A stretch of 60,147 nucleotides of DNA, taken from the IMG/VR virus record IMGVR_UViG_3300043433_000128, positions 1-60,147 of that record. One strand, 5' to 3'. Position 1 is the first letter of the stretch; the number at the start of each line of letters is the position of its first letter. The stretch comes from a virus. Lineage: Duplodnaviria > Caudoviricetes. The translations under genes and the position numbers were made by a program. The notes beneath the pieces are model-generated. The model ran no database searches. It was not told the origin of the DNA and saw nothing but the letters and a program-made list of their open reading frames with translations. This document shows, piece after piece, positions 58,186 through 60,147 of the stretch.

Positions 58186-59133
58186 TTATACGTCAAAAAA
58201 GAACATGTGGAAGAATCTTGAGTTATCTATTGCATCTCCAAAATACTGAGTAGCAGCATGGATGTTCTTAGCATCGAACAATACTAATCTATTATAAACA
58301 TTTCCAACCTCATCTATTTTTTCAAAATGAGTTCCATCATAAAAATTCATCTCAGCATTTTTACCCTGGAAAGCTCTAACATAGTTTATTGTTTTTCTTT
58401 TCTCATCATTAAAGCTATAATCACCGGTAACTTTACTTCTGTAGAAAGCAGTTCCAGTTGATGGTGGAGCGTCTGGCGTTAAGAATACGATTCCAGCGTA
58501 AGTTTGATTATCTACATGGTAAACAATCGGCTGATCTGCTGTACAGAATTGAAATATACCATTTGCATATGCATCATAATTCCAGTTATAGATTGGTTTT
58601 CCAATTATCTCTTCAAGCTTTTCTTTCATACCATAGATTGAGAATCTATTGATTGCTCTTTCCCCTTTGTGATATGCTGAAGGTGAGAATTCAATTTCTT
58701 TTATTGCCCATTCTCTAATAAAATCCGGATCTTTGTAAAAGTTATCTACGACGATAACTCCCTTATTTTCATTTGAAACACCAGAATAATATGATACCCA
58801 TTTAGCAAAAGATTCAATTTCATAAGAAGTTCCTGTTGTTCCATTCGTATCTTCTGTTGATACAATTACCTTCTTAAAAATATCTGTTTTTCGGATGTTT
58901 ATTTCGAAACCGATATTAGTTTCTTTTAAATTAGGATAAAAATTAGATACATCTGTTCTTTCATGAAATTTACATGATGCCTTTCCATCTTTTACAAAGA
59001 TGTCAGTTACTTTGCTATAATCTGCTGCAAAGATCCAGCCTTTAATTAAATATGATGTTGGTTTCTTTTCTACCGAATCAACATACATTAATATGTTTTC
59101 GGAAGTTGTTAAATGTGATATAATGTCTGCCAT
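58186..59133 (-). CDS. 2OG-Fe(II) oxygenase-like protein (DUF6445-like) with N-terminal Ig-like domain
   Basis: VVDNFYKDPD, HVD, YNRLVLFDAKNIHAA, RFFHMFFFD; HxD...H iron triad. Confidence 0.7.
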   Translation of the reverse strand: MADIISHLTTSENILMYVDSVEKKPTSYLIKGWIFAADYSKVTDIFVKDGKASCKFHERTDVSNFYPNLKETNIGFEINIRKTDIFKKVIVSTEDTNGTTGTSYEIESFAKWVSYYSGVSNENKGVIVVDNFYKDPDFIREWAIKEIEFSPSAYHKGERAINRFSIYGMKEKLEEIIGKPIYNWNYDAYANGIFQFCTADQPIVYHVDNQTYAGIVFLTPDAPPSTGTAFYRSKVTGDYSFNDEKRKTINYVRAFQGKNAEMNFYDGTHFEKIDEVGNVYNRLVLFDAKNIHAATQYFGDAIDNSRFFHMFFFDV

Positions 59134-59138
59134 ATTTA

Positions 59139-59164
59139 TTATATGATTAAAATTAGATTAGTTT
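59139..59164 (-). promoter_or_regulatory. Class-II promoter AAAC-N15-CATATAA
   Basis: Exact spacing, 5 nt upstream of ATG 59133. Confidence 0.6.
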
Positions 59165-59193
59165 ATTATCATACTACATTATTATATATCAAT

Positions 59194-59219
59194 AAAAAAG
59201 GGGACCTTACGATCCCCTT
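59194..59219 (-). terminator. Intrinsic terminator after the fibre gene
   Basis: AAGGGGATC-GTAA-GGTCCCCTT plus T-run. Confidence 0.8.
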
Positions 59220-59239
59220 AGTTTTAATATGAAATTAGA

Positions 59240-60147
59240 TTATTTTTTAAGTAATTCAATTTCTGCTTTTAATTCATTGATTGCTTGAATCAATAAAGGT
59301 ACGATTTTTTCGTATTGTACTGTGATGTAATTTTCTCCAGTTTTAGAATTTCCATTCTCGTCCATATCAAATGGTGCTGGTTTAATTACTTCAGGTAATA
59401 CTTCTTGAATCTCCTGAGCGATTACTCCGACTTGTTGTCTATAATCATTATATCCAAACTCTTCTGCTAATTTGTTTTGAGTATAAGATACACCTCTTAT
59501 TTTTCCAACTTTTTCAAGTGCATTTTCGATAGGTTCGATATTATCCTTAAGTCTTCTATCTGAATAATATGCGATGATATCGTTAGTTGCAACAATTTGA
59601 CCAGCAACGTTAGTAGGACCAACGCCAACTCCTAAAGAGTTAAAATGCCAATTGGCACCCCAACCTCCACCACCAGCAGGACCTGTTGCTCCTGTCGCTC
59701 CAGTAGGACCCGCAGGACCTTGAGGTCCAGTAGAACCAGTTGATCCAGTAGGACCAGCAACTCCTTGGAAACCTTGTGCTCCAGTTGAACCTGTTGATCC
59801 AGTAGATCCAGTTGCTCCGGTTGGACCAGCAACTCCTTGGAAACCTTGAGCTCCAGTTGCACCAGTTGCTCCATTGGTTCCATTAGTTCCAGCAGCACCA
59901 GTAAATCCTTGGAAACCTCTAGCACCCTGAGCTCCAGTAGCTCCAGCGGCTCCAGTTGAACCTGTAGCTCCTTGCGCTCCAGTAGCTCCAGCGGCTCCAG
60001 TTGAACCTGTAGCTCCTTGCGCTCCAGTTGCACCGTTAGTTCCATTGGTTCCAGCAGCACCTTGCGCTCCAGTTGCTCCTTGAGCTCCAGTTGCTCCATT
60101 GGTTCCATTAGTTCCAGCAGCACCAGTAAATCCTTGGAAACCTCTAG
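59240..60147 (-). CDS. 3' part of collagen-like tail fibre with C-terminal peptidase S74 intramolecular chaperone
   Basis: Not in ORF track (start outside window). Reads (G-X-Y)n GAT/GAQ/GST/GTN...[17 protein letters not shown]...[21 protein letters not shown]...GVIAQE...[15 protein letters not shown]; stop at 59240. Confidence 0.9.
   Translation of the reverse strand, partial: RGFQGFTGAAGTNGTNGATGAQGATGAQGAAGTNGTNGATGAQGATGSTGAAGATGAQGATGSTGAAGATGAQGARGFQGFTGAAGTNGTNGATGATGAQGFQGVAGPTGATGSTGSTGSTGAQGFQGVAGPTGSTGSTGPQGPAGPTGATGATGPAGGGGWGANWHFNSLGVGVGPTNVAGQIVATNDIIAYYSDRRLKDNIEPIENALEKVGKIRGVSYTQNKLAEEFGYNDYRQQVGVIAQEIQEVLPEVIKPAPFDMDENGNSKTGENYITVQYEKIVPLLIQAINELKAEIELLKK
59673..60147 (-). 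repeat. Collagen-coding 9-bp-period repeats with internal exact duplications
   Basis: Roughly 50 G-X-Y triplets; a ~58-bp block recurs near 59865-59922 and 60090-60147, and a 45-bp unit is tandemly repeated around 59931-60027. Confidence 0.9.

Noticed and set aside
1411-58652. All plus-strand ORFs and short nested minus-strand ORFs in the track
   Set aside because: They overlap long recognisable minus-strand genes and have antisense-shadow composition with no recognisable motifs.
59632-60123. 163-aa Leu/Glu/Gln-rich ORF in the track
   Set aside because: Alternative-frame shadow of the collagen repeat; the real frame continues into the S74 domain.
59673-60147. Repeats as a CRISPR array
   Set aside because: 9-bp periodic coding repeats with no unique spacers; no cas genes.
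1-60147. Stop-codon reassignment as in Lak or some crAss-like phages
   Set aside because: Genes are full length and densely packed in code 11, and TAG serves as a normal stop (e.g. 34097, 38212, 44800).
1-60147. tRNA genes, introns, inteins, homing endonucleases
   Set aside because: Intergenic gaps are short and AT-rich with no cloverleaf seen, and the recognisable enzymes are of normal length. tRNAscan/Infernal were not run, so this is not exhaustive.

Overview
AT-rich segment of a large T4-like (myovirus/jumbo-type) phage genome, with essentially all real genes on the minus strand in the standard genetic code. The host is probably Bacteroidota, judged from Bacteroidota-type bS21 and bS1, a LETM1-related fragment and A-rich leaders without obvious Shine-Dalgarno motifs. 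Left to right: (i) a truncated multi-domain probable head-internal protein; (ii) a replication/recombination block (UvsW, UvsY, primase gp61, SSB gp32, RuvC-like resolvase); (iii) a ~37 kb tail/baseplate/neck block (gp3-like, fibres, gp7/gp6/gp25/gp13/gp5/hub/gp53-like) interrupted by an amidoligase and a 4-domain ribosomal protein S1; (iv) an accessory block (dCMP deaminase, UvsE, RNase HII, PhoH, bS21, DnaJ, three UVR-motif paralogs, PolB-like exonuclease, glycosyltransferases, 2OG-Fe(II) oxygenase); (v) the 3' end of a collagen-like fibre with an S74 chaperone. The most notable non-coding signal is three distinct recurring promoter-like motif classes (AAAC-N15-HATATAA; RATATATA; a bipartite ~80 bp element with fixed spacing), some embedded in hairpins that would occlude the start codon in read-through transcripts. 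All protein calls come from motif recognition by eye; no database search was run.
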